The position numbers and the translations under genes were made by a program. DNA of 64,000 bases from Acanthaster planci (taxonomy: Eukaryota): the NCBI RefSeq assembly GCF_001949145.1, contig NW_019091359.1:2580861-2644860 (forward strand), in the 5' to 3' direction. How positions within the stretch are numbered: position 1 is the first letter of the stretch; each line of letters starts with the position of its first letter. Shown one piece after another: positions 62,277 to 64,000 of this stretch. A model generated the notes under the pieces. It worked only from the letters and a program-made list of their open reading frames with translations. It did no database searches and was not told the DNA's origin.

Positions 62277-64000
62277 GCAGTGTTTAGTGCAGCAAAAACC
62301 AACACTTCCCCTCCTTCCAGGTGCATGGCATTTAAAAGTGCACCCATCTTGGATTTGATGATTATTTGAAAGCCAGTGGTGCTAATTTTCAGAAACTATG
62401 TCAAGTGCTCCTTCTGAGCAGCAGTTCAAAGGTAACTTCCAACCCAGTGCAGGGGCATATCCAGGTCTTAGGTCCAGAGGGAGGCTAAATGAAATTGTTT
62501 CCATAAACAACTGTCCCTATTTTTTTCATTGGTAAGAGACCTCCCCCCCGGAAGGTCATACACATAGTACCTTCTCTACAATGCTGTTGCTTTCAATTCT
62601 TAAAAAAAAATTGGTAGCATGTCACTGTGGGGAGGTTGGGAACTCACCGCCGGATATGCCACTTGCTCCACTTATTTGAGCTCTCCACTCATAGATCATG
62701 TCTTTTTGCTGGGGTCATTCCCCCCTCCCCCCCACTGAAAAGCAACGAGAAGTGTGTGAAAGACATGAGGCTGAAATTCCTTTATGTCGAGTTTAACAGT
62801 TCATGATTGTAATGTTGTTTGAAATTATCGCATTAATTTGTCACAGGCGTAAAAGAGGAAGAGCACACGTCATAGGCATCACAACAGCCGTCTTTGAGTT
62901 GTTGTTCAATGTCTTGATGTCAACAGGTATATTGTCATGCATTCTTTCGCTGGTGGTGGGCTAACACGGATGTTGTAGGCACTGGCATTGGTCAGATTTT
63001 CCTTTTGAAACATTTTGTTTTGTGAGCTCAGATCCAAACCAACCAACCCTCAGCAAGCCCCCAAAACAAATGAAAAAGTCATTTAAGTGTACATGTGTGT
63101 AGTTATTTGCATGAAAGCAAGAAACTATTGAATGCCGGCTGAGAACGTCTGCCCAAAAAGACTTTATTTATTTTGCTTCAATTGCCAATGTAGCTTGAGT
63201 TCATTCAGGTCAGATTTAAGCATGACGTCAACACAAATTGAATTTATTACTTCATGGCATATATCCGCCTCATGACCTAGTAAATGCTAAATGTCTTTCA
63301 CGTCTTGCAAATTTCACTGTAAATGTTTTCTGACCTGAAAGTTGATTTCACGTTCAGAAATGATGAACCAGAACTCATCGCTGTCTTGCATGGCCATATT
63401 GAAGGGCCTCACTTTCAATTCTTGCTTTTACACAAACTTTGGCCAATTAAATTGACGAATATTTCCATCATTAAAGACAGCACTGGAAAAGAGACTTTGA
63501 GATGGAAATTTCAAACTCGCTGATCTGTCATCAGAAAAGAAAAAAAACAGCTGGAGATTTGCAGGTACTTGACCCAACGTGGGAAAACCTCTGTGTATAA
63601 ATTGAATCACGCTTTATAATTTCAGACGCAAAGAAAATTGCAGGAAACACTCTTAGACTTGCCTTGATGCATTTAGGCAAAACTGGAACCTTTTTGGCAT
63701 TTTGCTAAGTGCTGAGACTCACTATTTTTACATAAAGTGTTGTACATGTCATCAGGGTTGGTTGCTTATGATAAGCTCTTTACCTGTAGCAGGTAAACGA
63801 ACATTTTCAGCAATAATGATGACATCTTTTGACCGTAGCAGAAAGCAAACACCGTCTCCATAGACAGCATGTAATTTCAGCCATTTTTTTTCTCTTTCCT
63901 AGTCCTAATTACCTTTCTACGTTGTGATTTCCCAGGGCGCTAGGCGTCCACCTGTCACACAAGTTATTAAGGGTGACCCAAAGCATTGTAGGGACTCATA

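Overview
Eukaryotic (animal) genomic DNA. The intron style, the TACATGTA-rich introns and the GPCR type suggest an invertebrate deuterostome such as an echinoderm (inference only). Most of the window is one complete plus-strand DOCK-B (DOCK3/DOCK4-like) Rac-GEF gene, from ATG 4048 to TGA 62276. I traced 43 phase-consistent core exons (about 1964 aa) plus three frame-neutral candidate cassette exons. It lies head-to-head with the 5' part of a minus-strand ZNF277 gene, the arrangement I recall for human DOCK4-ZNF277. Inside DOCK are a U12-type (minor spliceosome) intron in DHR-2, a nested antisense intronless rhodopsin-class GPCR pseudogene preceded by a twice-repeated 21-bp octamer-containing element, a tandem triplication of a splice donor, and two candidate cassette exons sharing a peptide motif. 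There are also several MITE families, a tRNA-Thr-like SINE head and minisatellites. Most ORFs in the supplied track are spurious or are exon read-throughs. All coordinates were counted by hand and may be off by a few bases.
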